A DNA stretch of 64,000 bases from Phoronis australis (Eukaryota > Animalia > Phoronida). This document shows positions 27,057 to 38,000 of this stretch, piece by piece; position 1 is the stretch's first letter; each line of letters begins with the position of its first letter. The stretch lies in the NCBI GenBank assembly GCA_002633005.1, contig NMRA01000185.1, positions 341,921-405,920 of the forward strand, given 5' to 3'. Under the pieces are notes generated by a model. That model made no database searches, had not been told where the DNA came from, and was given only the letters and a program-made list of their open reading frames with translations. The position numbers and the translations under genes were made by a program.

Positions 27057-27165
27057 CACTGCCCCCCCCCCCCCTACATTTTAGGCTGGGTGCGCGCATG
27101 TAAGTTGATTCTACTTATTCCATATCTTCACTGAGACTATGGAAAAAAAATTCCATTATCTGTCC

Positions 27166-27317
27166 AGGGACGGATCCAGGATTTTGAGTTAGGGGCCAGG
27201 GGAGTAGTAGCCAGGAGTTTGTCCGACAAACATTCGCACCCCCGTACTGCCAAATGGAATATGGGAGAATTTTAGGGCGGACCATGGCCCCTTTGGCCCC
27301 CTCTAAATCCGCCACAG
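27166..27317. mobile_element. GC-rich ~155-bp MITE family C
   Basis: cagggacggatccagg...ctctaaatccgccacag; colinear with 41034-41190 and with the reverse complement of 61235-61391; partial copy at ~31915-32176. Confidence 0.75.
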
Positions 27318-27329
27318 TTGTCGCAAGCT

Positions 27330-27437
27330 TCATATGAACACATCCATCATATCTCATCAAGATCCTCAGGGGTTTAGGAAATACAGCTGCAGACGACCAG
27401 ACAGAGATGACTGCAGTTTGCACCCACATATAAATGT
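27330..27437. repeat. Short terminal fragment of the same HINE-like family
   Basis: catcaagatcctcaggggtttaggaaatacagctg...gacagagatgactgca...cccacatataaat matches 35589-35685. Confidence 0.6.
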
Positions 27438-28942
27438 TATTTTGACTGAATTAAGAGCTCACTTTTAATGATATTAGAAAATGGTATAAGTCAAAGAAGA
27501 GCTCATAAGATACAGATAAAACAAAAACTTCACCTGTGAATACAGAACGAAACAAATACGCAAAAAATTTATGGAACTTGGCAAGTCCCTATTTAGGACT
27601 GTTTCATTCAACCGAACACAAAATACTTGCTTATATATTCTTAATCAGCAAACAAAAGATCTACAACAGTACATCTATAGTTTAATATAGAATATCGGCA
27701 ATTTTTATATTTTGTAATAGTGAAAAATTTTTAGTTTTTTTAAAAACACTTAAAAGCTTATGATCAGCCAATCTCCAGTGATATAAGTGGTATTTACCAA
27801 GAACTAATGTTAAATTTTGTAATTCTGGTTTTGAAAGATAACATACTGCATCCTCATATCTGACAGTCATTTAAGGCTGGATAAACGCAAAATGTAAAGA
27901 AAGTGGCGTAGATGAGGTAATATCCCACAAGACATTATTCCGCGTATCAACAGACCGAAGGTCGATACGCGGAGTAATGTCGAGTGGGATATCACTTCGT
28001 ATATGCCAATGCAGGTATGTTTTGTATGATTCCATAGGCTTCAAATTCTTAATTTTCTTTCATTTTTTCGGCAGATTTTTAAAACACTTCACCCACACAG
28101 TACACGTGGCGGATCACATCCTACATGTATATACTTGCGCGTTATGTTACAAGTTTTTTCTAGTAAAAGAAAGTTTTAAATGTAACGATTTATTACTTGA
28201 AAAGAGATAATAAACGTGAAAACAACAGTAATTATGCATTGAACTTGTAACATTTCCTGAAAATAGTTAAATAATAACAATATTTGATATCGTAGTTAGT
28301 AGGAATCGGCACCTGAGTAGCAGAGGATATAATACTTAGCAAATAAAACTGAGACTGAAGTGTTATGTAATAAACAGTTTTGTACCAGATCTAATGTTTG
28401 GGACCTGAAAACAACAAAGACTAAAAAAACTACAACTCGCAAGACTAGTACAACTGGATGACAAACTCTCGTTCTCTTCTACAAAAAGTGCAATTTGATG
28501 GGAATTGAAAATTTTGTACTTTTTATTTTAAATTGACCGAAAATGGTATTTCAAATCACAAAATAGGCCACAAACTGGCCTCTAAAGCACATAAAGTTGA
28601 TCACAAAATTGGGCATGATTTACTTAAATCTACTAAAAAACAGGGAAATGAGCAGCAAAGAATCTACAGGCAATGTTTGCAGGGCCAGAGTCATGTTTGG
28701 GTAGCCTGCTTATCATACACAACATTAGCTGAAAACAGAACAGTGATGCTGTCTTTTTACGGGTAGTAGTTGTGCTTTCAACCAGTTTCACAGAAAAGTT
28801 AACTCCAGCACTCTCCAGAGCGAAATCAACACTCGCCAAGGAGAGATGCGTCTGTCCAAGTGTAAAGGCCAGGCTTGCTCCCGCATACAACCTTTAGAGA
28901 TTCACTTCAATATACTGTCAACATTTGACCAATACATATCAA

Positions 28943-29049
28943 TCAATCATCAGCTAATATCTTCTTAAATACAAGTGAAGTCAGGTTGCTTCCTGTTTTT
29001 CCTCCGAACTGAAACGTTGGCGTTGGAATTTGGTGGTGCACATAAAACT
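28943..29049 (-). CDS. EEF1AKMT2: EEF1AKMT2 last coding exon (FYVHHQIPTPTFQFGGKTGSNLTSLVFKKILADD*)
   Basis: tattttcag acceptor; conserved PTPxFxFGG motif; TGA at 28945-28943. Confidence 0.93.
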
Positions 29050-32000
29050 CTGAAAATAAACACAGGGTACATTTAAGAAGCCTGGAAATTGAAAAAGCTA
29101 AATTGCATTATATGAAGTAGTACTCTGTTACTGAAACAGAAATCAACCTGCATGTTCATCAGGTCTTTTTATGGTTTGTTTGTAGATTTTAAATTTCTGT
29201 AGACGTTTAGGAATTTTTCTTTTATTTTTCAAATTTCAAAAAAGGATCTGCCAACTGCTGATCACTTTATCAAATTTTCTCTTTTTCTCCCACATGGCAA
29301 AGTACTTCTTATTTGGTATGACAAGAAATAGACACAGCACATTTCCCTTATATGGAAAATGTGACCTTTTACCATTGGTGTAAACAAAACAATGGTTACC
29401 TCAAGCAGTGGCCAGTCCAATTAATTTATGTAAGTCCTAACTCTTTAAAATTAGCTATAGAAATGTAGTATAAAGTGTACTTGGAAATATTTTCAGAAAA
29501 TTGCTTACTTCACTAACATGCTCTGTCAACCTCAGATTCAGAAGGTAATCACAAATGACAATCTATCGTTAATATCCATCTTGTTAGTCAGCTGTTTGTC
29601 GAATGACTGAGCACATAGGCAAATTATCTAAGTGGGAGGGAGATTAGAAACTCTGTGGTGACTACAGAGTTTTTCCTTCGTGTGTAATTAAAAAATAGTG
29701 AATTTTTTCAGGAAATTCCATCAGGGGGAAAATGAATAACTCTGCAGTAGATGTCGCGAGATGGCACTTTTATCAGGAATTGTTCAAAAGATATTTTTGA
29801 TGAGCTTTTGTGCTCCATACCTCTTTAAGACATGGATAATTTGCAACATTAGTTTACGATACAATCCTGTTAGAGTAAGGGCTGTTCCAGTAAAATCCGT
29901 GTGGGAGGGGGGGGGGGGANNNNNNNNNNNNNNCAGTAGAAATAAAAATTCATGGGTGGTGGTCGTTCCTGTAAGAAGTGATGCATTAAAAATGGGTGGT
30001 ATTTTTGACCTGTTAATGTTGACGGGTTGGTTACTTCAGCCGTCAAAACTCAACAAAATGCACCTGGCATAAATCCTAACTTATCTCAATACAAAAAAGC
30101 CCATATTGCCAGTGAACAGAGTGCAATATATTCACTAAGCCATTAATCAAGTCATGGGCAACTTGATTTGAGCCAACGGTTTGTCTGCAGTCCTATTGAA
30201 TTGAAAAGTTATGCAACACTAAACTGGTGTTAACACATACAAGAAAATTGAGATGATTTTTAAATAAAAAGTATGAGGAGTAAGATAAACAAGTTCCAAT
30301 ATTCACTTGACATAGAAGTATAAAAGAGTTCATGGAGACAGTTTGAGATTCATAGATCCTTATAATTGAAAAAATGTTCATTGAAATTATAGACACATGG
30401 TGAACAGAGACACCTGGTGGCTGCCAAAAGCATTGCTCACAGGCTACTTTTAGTTTTTGACAATATTGGTTAAGACAACTAGTTCTTATCTGTCAATCAT
30501 CTAAGTTCTTAACAGGTCCTCCTGGAGGCAATTTGTTTGCAAGTGTTGGATTTTATATTTTAACCTATTAAAAATAATTTAAAAAATTATGGGTCATCGG
30601 TTGGAGAAATAAATGAAAAATATGGGTGGTGGGTACGAAATAAAAGTGCCTTCCCCCCTCCCATACAGATTTTGCTGGAACAGCCCTAAGTATAGATTAA
30701 GATTCTCTAAGCCTGTTAAATACACAACTTGATTGTATTCACGAATCTTTTGAACTAGATATTGATTCAGCTGATATCAACACATCGTTATTCTTTGAAA
30801 TTGTTGCCATTTTTGGGTAAGGCTAGAGTAGCAATAACACAGGAAGCACAAAACCACAGGATATTTTCAAAACTTCTTCCCACCCAAACTTTTGAGCCAG
30901 ACTGAGGCAAGCGCAATGCAAAATTCCAAACACTTGTCAGTTATTTTCCCCCATTTCACTAAATCCATCTTCTGTTCAGAATGGACACTCAGACATACCT
31001 CTGAGGCAGGAGCAACCAAAACAGCACCTAATCTAAAAAAATCATATTTCAACGTCAAGAGATTCCCAGTGGCCCTAAACCTTGTGAAACCTGAGTGTGT
31101 GAGTTGCTTAACAAGCCGAAGTGAGTCAAACTGGGCAACTCGAGTTGCCGAGGTCACCAAGTCCACTTTCCTGTCTGTTTCTATGAATCGGCTCAACACC
31201 TTGTCCAACAATTTGAATTGACACCAGGACATGTGATGGTCATGTTGAAATCACCACAACAAAAAAACTACAGTCAACAAAATCAATTCATAGACCTTTG
31301 TGATAGTACCCCTCATTAACCTTGCAGAGAGCCAGACTTTTGATAACATGGGCAGTTAAAAAGAACAAACAAGCACAGAATCAAGTTTATCCAGGTAAAT
31401 GTCCAGGGAATTTAAACTAAGAAATCTGGTGGCAGTCGCTCAAAAGTGAAATGTTGAAAATCCAAGGGCCGGCGTTACTGGCACAAGTACGGTATGTAAC
31501 TTACTCTTTTCAAAATGGCTGCTTATTTCCTCTTTCGTCCAGTTGCATGATGACATTACAAACATTCCATTGTCTTTTACCATATTGCATACAGTCTGAA
31601 TATAGAGTTCCCTCTTTTCCAGTACACAATCAAAGTTCAGATTAATGGAGTCGTAAGTTCCCTTATCAATAAGTACATCATACTGCCTCCTCATAGCTGG
31701 GCTATCCCCTGGCCGTAAAATGTCACACACCTGCAAATTGTAACAAAATCATGAGATAGGTAACATTGACTGTGCTGGAAATGTAGGGCACAAAATGGCA
31801 GACATGAGAAATTTCAATTTCTCACTGTTATCATAAATTTAAAGAATGAGATTAATACCACAATAATCAATACTTTACCATGTTCAAGTTCTATGCCATA
31901 GATACCACAACACTGGCCGATGGCCATGGCCCCCCCCTAAAATTCTCCTAGATACCATTCGGCAGTTCGGGGTGCAAATTACTGAGGGGGGCTCAGGGGG

Positions 32001-35000
32001 CAAATGCACATTGTATAGGCCTTGAACAAAGCCCGTTTATCAATAATGTTCACAAACCCAAAAATTCGAGACCCTGCATCCCTACATTTTAGGCTGGCCG
32101 AGCGCATGTGGCGAAATTCTGGTTATTCCTGTGCCCTGCCCCCTCCCCCAACTCAAAATCCTGTATCCACCCCTGCACAAGATATTCTGAAAACTTGTGA
32201 AAATTCACTATGATGTCAGGAGTCTTTAACAAGAGCAACGCGGAGCATTGAAATGCGCCCATGAATGCACCGCTAACGTTGTGCTTCTAGGGGTGTTTAT
32301 TTGGAACATAAAAATTTGCAACCCGATGGCACAAAATATGTCAAATCCATCTGAGAACTTGTATGTGTTATCAAAGCTATTTACCAAATTTCATAAAAAT
32401 CTGTCAAGGAACTTCTGAGAAAACACAGGAAAATGAAAAAATGAAATTGTCACTAAGAGGCTATAAGCGCAAAAAAACATAACTGCCACAAAGAGGCACC
32501 AAAGTAGATAAAGTCGTCAGAAAATCATCGTCAGATTTCCTCTTCCCATTAGGAACATAAATGCCAATTTCCACAACCATCCTTAGAGTGGTTTGGTTGA
32601 CAGAAAGGCAGACGTCAAATAACAAGACTCGAAAACAGTAAAAATGGCCACAAGGTGGCGAAAAATGCCTCGAATTTTACCGAAAACCGGATGATAGCGT
32701 CACCTCACTAATAGATGCCTAACTGCCAAATTTTATGAAAATCCATTGACGATCCTTAAAGATGCAGAGGTAAACGTAAAAAAATAAAATTGCCACTGGG
32801 GGGCGCATTGGTAGCCTGATCGTCCGAAAGTCGTCATCCTCTGTAGTCAACTTCATATAAATACACCAACAAAATTCAATAAAGATCCTGTAGAGCATTT
32901 AGGAGATACAGCCATGGGCACAAAAACAAACAAAACTGCCACTAGGAGGCGCCATAGTATTCCAAGTCATCGGAAAATCATCATCAGCCGCCCTCTTCAC
33001 AGTAAGAACATATATGCCAACTTTCAAAATCATACCTAGAACGGTTTGGTTGATAGAACGGCGGACGCCAAAAACAGACTCAAAAACAATACAGCCATGG
33101 GCGCAAAAACAAACAAAAATGCCACTAGGAGGCGCCACAGTTGTGGAAGTAGTCGGAAAATCATCGTCAGTCACCCTCTTCACAATAAGAACATATATGC
33201 TAATTTTCAAAATCATTCCTAGAGCGGTTTGGTTGATAGAACGGCGGACGCCAAAAAACAGACTCGAAAACAGTAACAAGAGCAACATGGAGTGTTGAAA
33301 TGCACCCACGAATGCATTGCAAATGGTGTGCTTTTAAGGTTATCTATTTGTATCGTAAAAATGGCCACTAGATGGCGCAAAAACATAAAATCCATCCAAA
33401 AACAGGAACATACCGTATTTCATAAAAATCTGTCAAGGAACTTCAGAGAACCAAAGGAAAACAGAATAAAATGAAATTGCCACTAGTGGGCACAGTGCCC
33501 TTGGATCTGCCTGAAAGTCGTCGTCTGTTGTTATCTTCATATAAATACACTTACTAAATTTAGTAAAAATCCTGCAATGGGTTTAGGAGATACAACTATG
33601 GGCGCAAAACAAAACTACCACTAGGAGACGCCACAGTAGTCAGTCACCATCATCAAAGGTCGTTTTCACACTAAGAACACATATATTTAATATATATTTT
33701 CAAATGATTTGGTTGATACAGGGATGGAAGCCAAAAACAAGATTTGAAAACAGGAAAAATGGCCACTAGGTGGTGCAAAATACCTCGACTCCATCCAAAA
33801 AAGGAAGATAGAGCCATCACACCAATAGATGCCTATATTTAAAATTTTATAAAAATCTGTTGAGGCCATTTGAAGATACAGAGTTAAACGTAAAAAACTA
33901 AAATTTTCATTAGGGGGCACAGCAGTAGTCAGATTTGTCCAAAAGTCGTCGTCATCCGTAGTCAACATCATATACATACACTTGCTAAATTAAGTAAAGA
34001 TCCTGTTAACGGTTTAGGAGATACAGCCATAGGCGCAAAAAAACAAAACTGCCACAAGGAGGCGCCACAGTAGTCGAAATCGTCGGAAAATCATCGTCAA
34101 CCGTTTTCTTTATAGTAAACACATACATGCCAATTTTCACAATCATCCTTTGAGCGGTTTGGTTGATAGAGGGGTGGACGCAAAAAAACAGTAAAAATGG
34201 CCACTAGGTGGTGCAAACTACGTCGAATCCATCCAAAAACGGGAGGTTAGCGTCATCTCACCAATAGGTGCCTACATACCAAAATGAAAATCCAATAAGG
34301 ACTTTTGCAGATACAGAGGTAAACGTAAAAAAATAAAATTGATACTAGGGAGCACACCCATAGTCGGATCGTCCAAAAGTCGTCGTGGTCTGTTGCAAAC
34401 ATCATATAAATATACTTACTAAATTTCATAAAGATCCTGCGAACGGTTAAGGACATACATCCACAGGCGCAAAAAAACAAAACTGCCACTAGGAGGTGCC
34501 ACAGTAGTCAAAATCGTTGGAAAATCAACGTCAACCGTCCTCTTCACAGTAAGCACATACATGCCAATTTTCACAATCATCCTTTGAGCTGTTTGGTTGA
34601 TAGAGGAGTGGACACAAAAAAAAACGACTCGAAAACAGTTAAAATGGCCACTAGGTGGCACAAACTACGTCAAATCCATCCGAAAACGAGAGGATAGCGT
34701 CACCTAACTAATAGGTGCCTACATACCAAATTTCATGAAAATCTGTTGAGGACTTTTTAAGATACAAAGGTAAGCGTAAAAAACTAAAATTGCCACTAGG
34801 AGGCACACCGGTAGTCGGATCCGTCCGAAAGTTCGCTCATGCCGTCCCATTCATCAACGGAACATATGTGCCAAATTTCATGAACGTACCGGTATGTCAA
34901 AGGATTTTGGAGATATCCATGATAGCAAGTAACAGCATATGTTCACGAAAACAACAACGGTTTTAAAACTTGACATGTTTCGGTGTCATTTATTAAACAC

Positions 35001-38000
35001 CATCCTCAGAAGTCATAATACAGTGGCCACCTAGCTAGGCCCAGCAACAAGTAATGAAGCACAGATAGAGTCAGTTACAGGGAGTGTTGGTGTAGTTCAT
35101 TGTCACTCCCTGTAACTGACTCTATCTGTGCTTCATTACTTGTTGCTGGGCCTAGCTAGGTGGCCACTGTATTATGACTTCTGAGGATGGTGTTTAATAA
35201 ATGACACCGAAACATGTCAAGTTTTAAAACCGTTGTTGTTTTCGTGAACATTTTGGAGATAGAGCAGCGGACGCCGGACGGACACCGGCTAGACGGACGG
35301 ACAGACGGAGATGACGTCCTAATGCATCCACATATAAATATGTGGGCGCATAAAAATGGCCACTAGGTGGCGCAAAATACCTTGAATCCGTCCAAAAACA
35401 GGAGGATGGCATCATCTCACTAATAGATGCCTAACTTCCAAATTTTATGAAAATCCATTGAGGACATCCAAAGATACAGAGGTAAGCGTAAAAATGAAAT
35501 TGTCACAAGGGGGCACATCGGTAGTCGGAGAGGTCTGAAATTCGTCGTAGTTAGTTGTCAGCTTCATAGAAACACATCTGCCAAACCTCATCAAGATCCT
35601 GTGAGGGGTTTAAGAAATACAGTTGTGGACGCCGGACGACCGGACAGACAGAGACGACTGCAATATGCGACCACAAATAAATATGTGGGCGCATAAAAAT
35701 GAAAAAAATTAAATTTTTGCAATTCTGAAATTAGGACAATTTTACTAACAGTTTCATGAAGTCTGAATGTCACGTGATGATTTTGATGACTTACCCCCGA
35801 CAGCCAGATCAAATTCTAAGAAAAGAGACATTTACAAGACAAAAGTGTCAAGCAGAACAACCCTACAGGGTGGAAGTTATTATTTTTAAATATTAAACAT
35901 CTAATCCACTCCCAATCAGCAATACTCGACATCAAAAAGTTTGTTCTGAATTCGACCACTTAGCCTCCAACTCCAACGTTTGTGACAAACTCTGCCTTAC
36001 TGACATTAGAAATGATCCAAGCCAAATAGCTCATTCCCAACTACAATTCATTGTATTTGCCTTCAATGTCTTTGCCCAACTTTTTCCCAAGACTATAATG
36101 ACTAAAACTGCATGCATGGCATCAGCAGCCGAAAACGAAAACTTAGTACGACGATGAAACTTTAAACAACCAGTACACTCTTACTCAAGAATGAGTCTTT
36201 TGAAATAGCGGTGGGTTAATTCAATATACTAGCACTAGGTGGAGTAACTAGTACTCACCAGGTGGCTTCAAAACTTTTCAGCCACTGGTAGAGGTACCCA
36301 AACTAAAAGACATTCTGTGATGATGATACTTGTCTCAAAACGTTACTACAAGAGCATTTGGATTTTGATTTTGTGCGACAACAGAGCACCCTTCTTTCAA
36401 GGGATTGTCTATGCACCCAAGACATTGTAATGGTACTATAAATACCCTTGCGAGATAAGACCCAAGATGGACTCTAACCTCCCTTCCCATGATGCCATAG
36501 TACTAATCTGCACAACAGGAATTAACCTATCACCAGGATTTGAGTGACGGCTGAACTGACTAATCAGAACCTAGCATTCTTGACACACCTTCATTTCCAA
36601 GCTGCCATTTTACACGACAAACAACAATTTGCCAGGTAAAGCTTATTGTTTGTTTGTCGACGTTTCGCAAGAGGGTGGAGCTTGCGATAGGTCAATTCGC
36701 CTGAGGTTTGTAAGTCTCGTGATTTCCACATGCAAAGCTATAGACTTTAGGAGACGGCCATTTGTCCCCCTTCTGCTCAATTTGGAAAATCGCAAGTGGT
36801 GTGTTCTACATGCAGCACATTGAGTCATTTCCGTGACTGATTGCTTATTAATTAGATGCTTAGATCTCTTGTGACATCACCTCAAATTTCACATGCACGT
36901 CCTCTTTCATAGCCACAGAACTCGCAAGCTGAATGGCCATTTCACAGTAGTCTATACCAGTCAAGTCCGTGAACCCTTTAGAAGCCTGTGAGATACAAAG
37001 GTGACTTTTTAAAGCTGTTAATGCACATCTACCATCATAACACCAGTAATTAATTATTTGTTCAACATTATGTAAATGTATAATATTACTTATATGCGCT
37101 AATTGCAAAGCTATACCAAAGCTAGTTTACGATGAAACAACACCTCAGGGTGAGACAAAAGGTCATATATATATTATGGCAAACCAAACTATTACAGATA
37201 TCGATAAATACAAAAGTTATAAAATATGTTGAGTTTCTTCGAAAACACGACTAAACTTTTTGTTTGAAAGCTTGATACTAAGGTGCTCCAAGTGTCGAAA
37301 CAATCTTTTTTCGGGTGTGCAGCTACGTAGCAAAACACCAAGAGATATAACAAGCAAACAAATTAAAACACTAGCTATATTTCGAGACTGCATATCTCAT
37401 CATCAGGCAATAAGTGGAATGAACATATACATAGCAAAATAAACAGAGAAATACACGACAGCGAGAAAAGGGGCATACAAGCAGAAAGTGTGAATGCAAC
37501 ACACGGTACGAAGCCCACAACCCTATTTTGCTATGTATCTGCACTAAATTACTATTGAGAAATACATAGGGTAAATAATATGTTGAGAAGATTTTAAACA
37601 GAATATTTTGTATATATTTAGTGCTAAAAGTAGAACATGCAGGGTTTAGAATAACCAATCACAAAAAAGAGGAAAATTTTCCAGGTGATATATCGTACCA
37701 CAAATAGACTTGTGTCACACATATATCTTGTGTTGTAATATTTAACTGACATAAACGTTTTTGCATGAATAAAGTGAAAATAACGATAAGAAAGACAAAA
37801 AAGAGGAAACTGGCAATCAAATAAGAAAAAATCAAAAACAAAAAAAGGAAATCCTCTTAAAAGGGAAAATTCCAAGCCCTGAATAAGAGCATTCAGCAAG
37901 AGCAATGCAAAGCGGTGAACTGTGCAGAGCAATGGATGCCAAACAATTAAACGTTCGATTGTGCGGAGATGACAGTATATTACGTACATATACAGTACAA

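Larger units (their letters stand above)
34916..35251 (-). mobile_element. Truncated Penelope-like retroelement insertion (inverted pLTR pair)
   Basis: Perfect inverted arms 34939-35086 and 35104-35251, a 17-nt spacer and a 23-nt extension on one arm only. Each arm has a hammerhead. A 12-bp direct repeat ATTTTGGAGATA lies at 34904-34915 and 35250-35261. Confidence 0.72.
32228..35699. repeat. Tandem array of ~147-bp monomers (~440-bp three-monomer higher-order unit) within Helentron/HINE (DINE-1-like) elements
   Basis: Recurrent blocks, e.g. tggccactaggtgg at ~33760, 34198, 34645 and 35358. GGAC/AGAC microsatellite-like runs followed by the hairpin ccacatat..atatgtgggcgcataaaaa at ~35270-35357 and ~35630-35699. 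aacaagagcaac starts at ~32228 and ~33275. Confidence 0.75.

Noticed and set aside
26672-27134. ORFs containing X runs
   Set aside because: Artefacts of the N gap.
32228-35699. Regularly spaced conserved motifs superficially resembling a CRISPR array, and ORFs 32899-33309 and 33014-33298
   Set aside because: The intervening sequences are homologous to each other rather than unique spacers, there are no cas genes and the context is a eukaryotic intron. The ORFs merely translate the tandem repeat.
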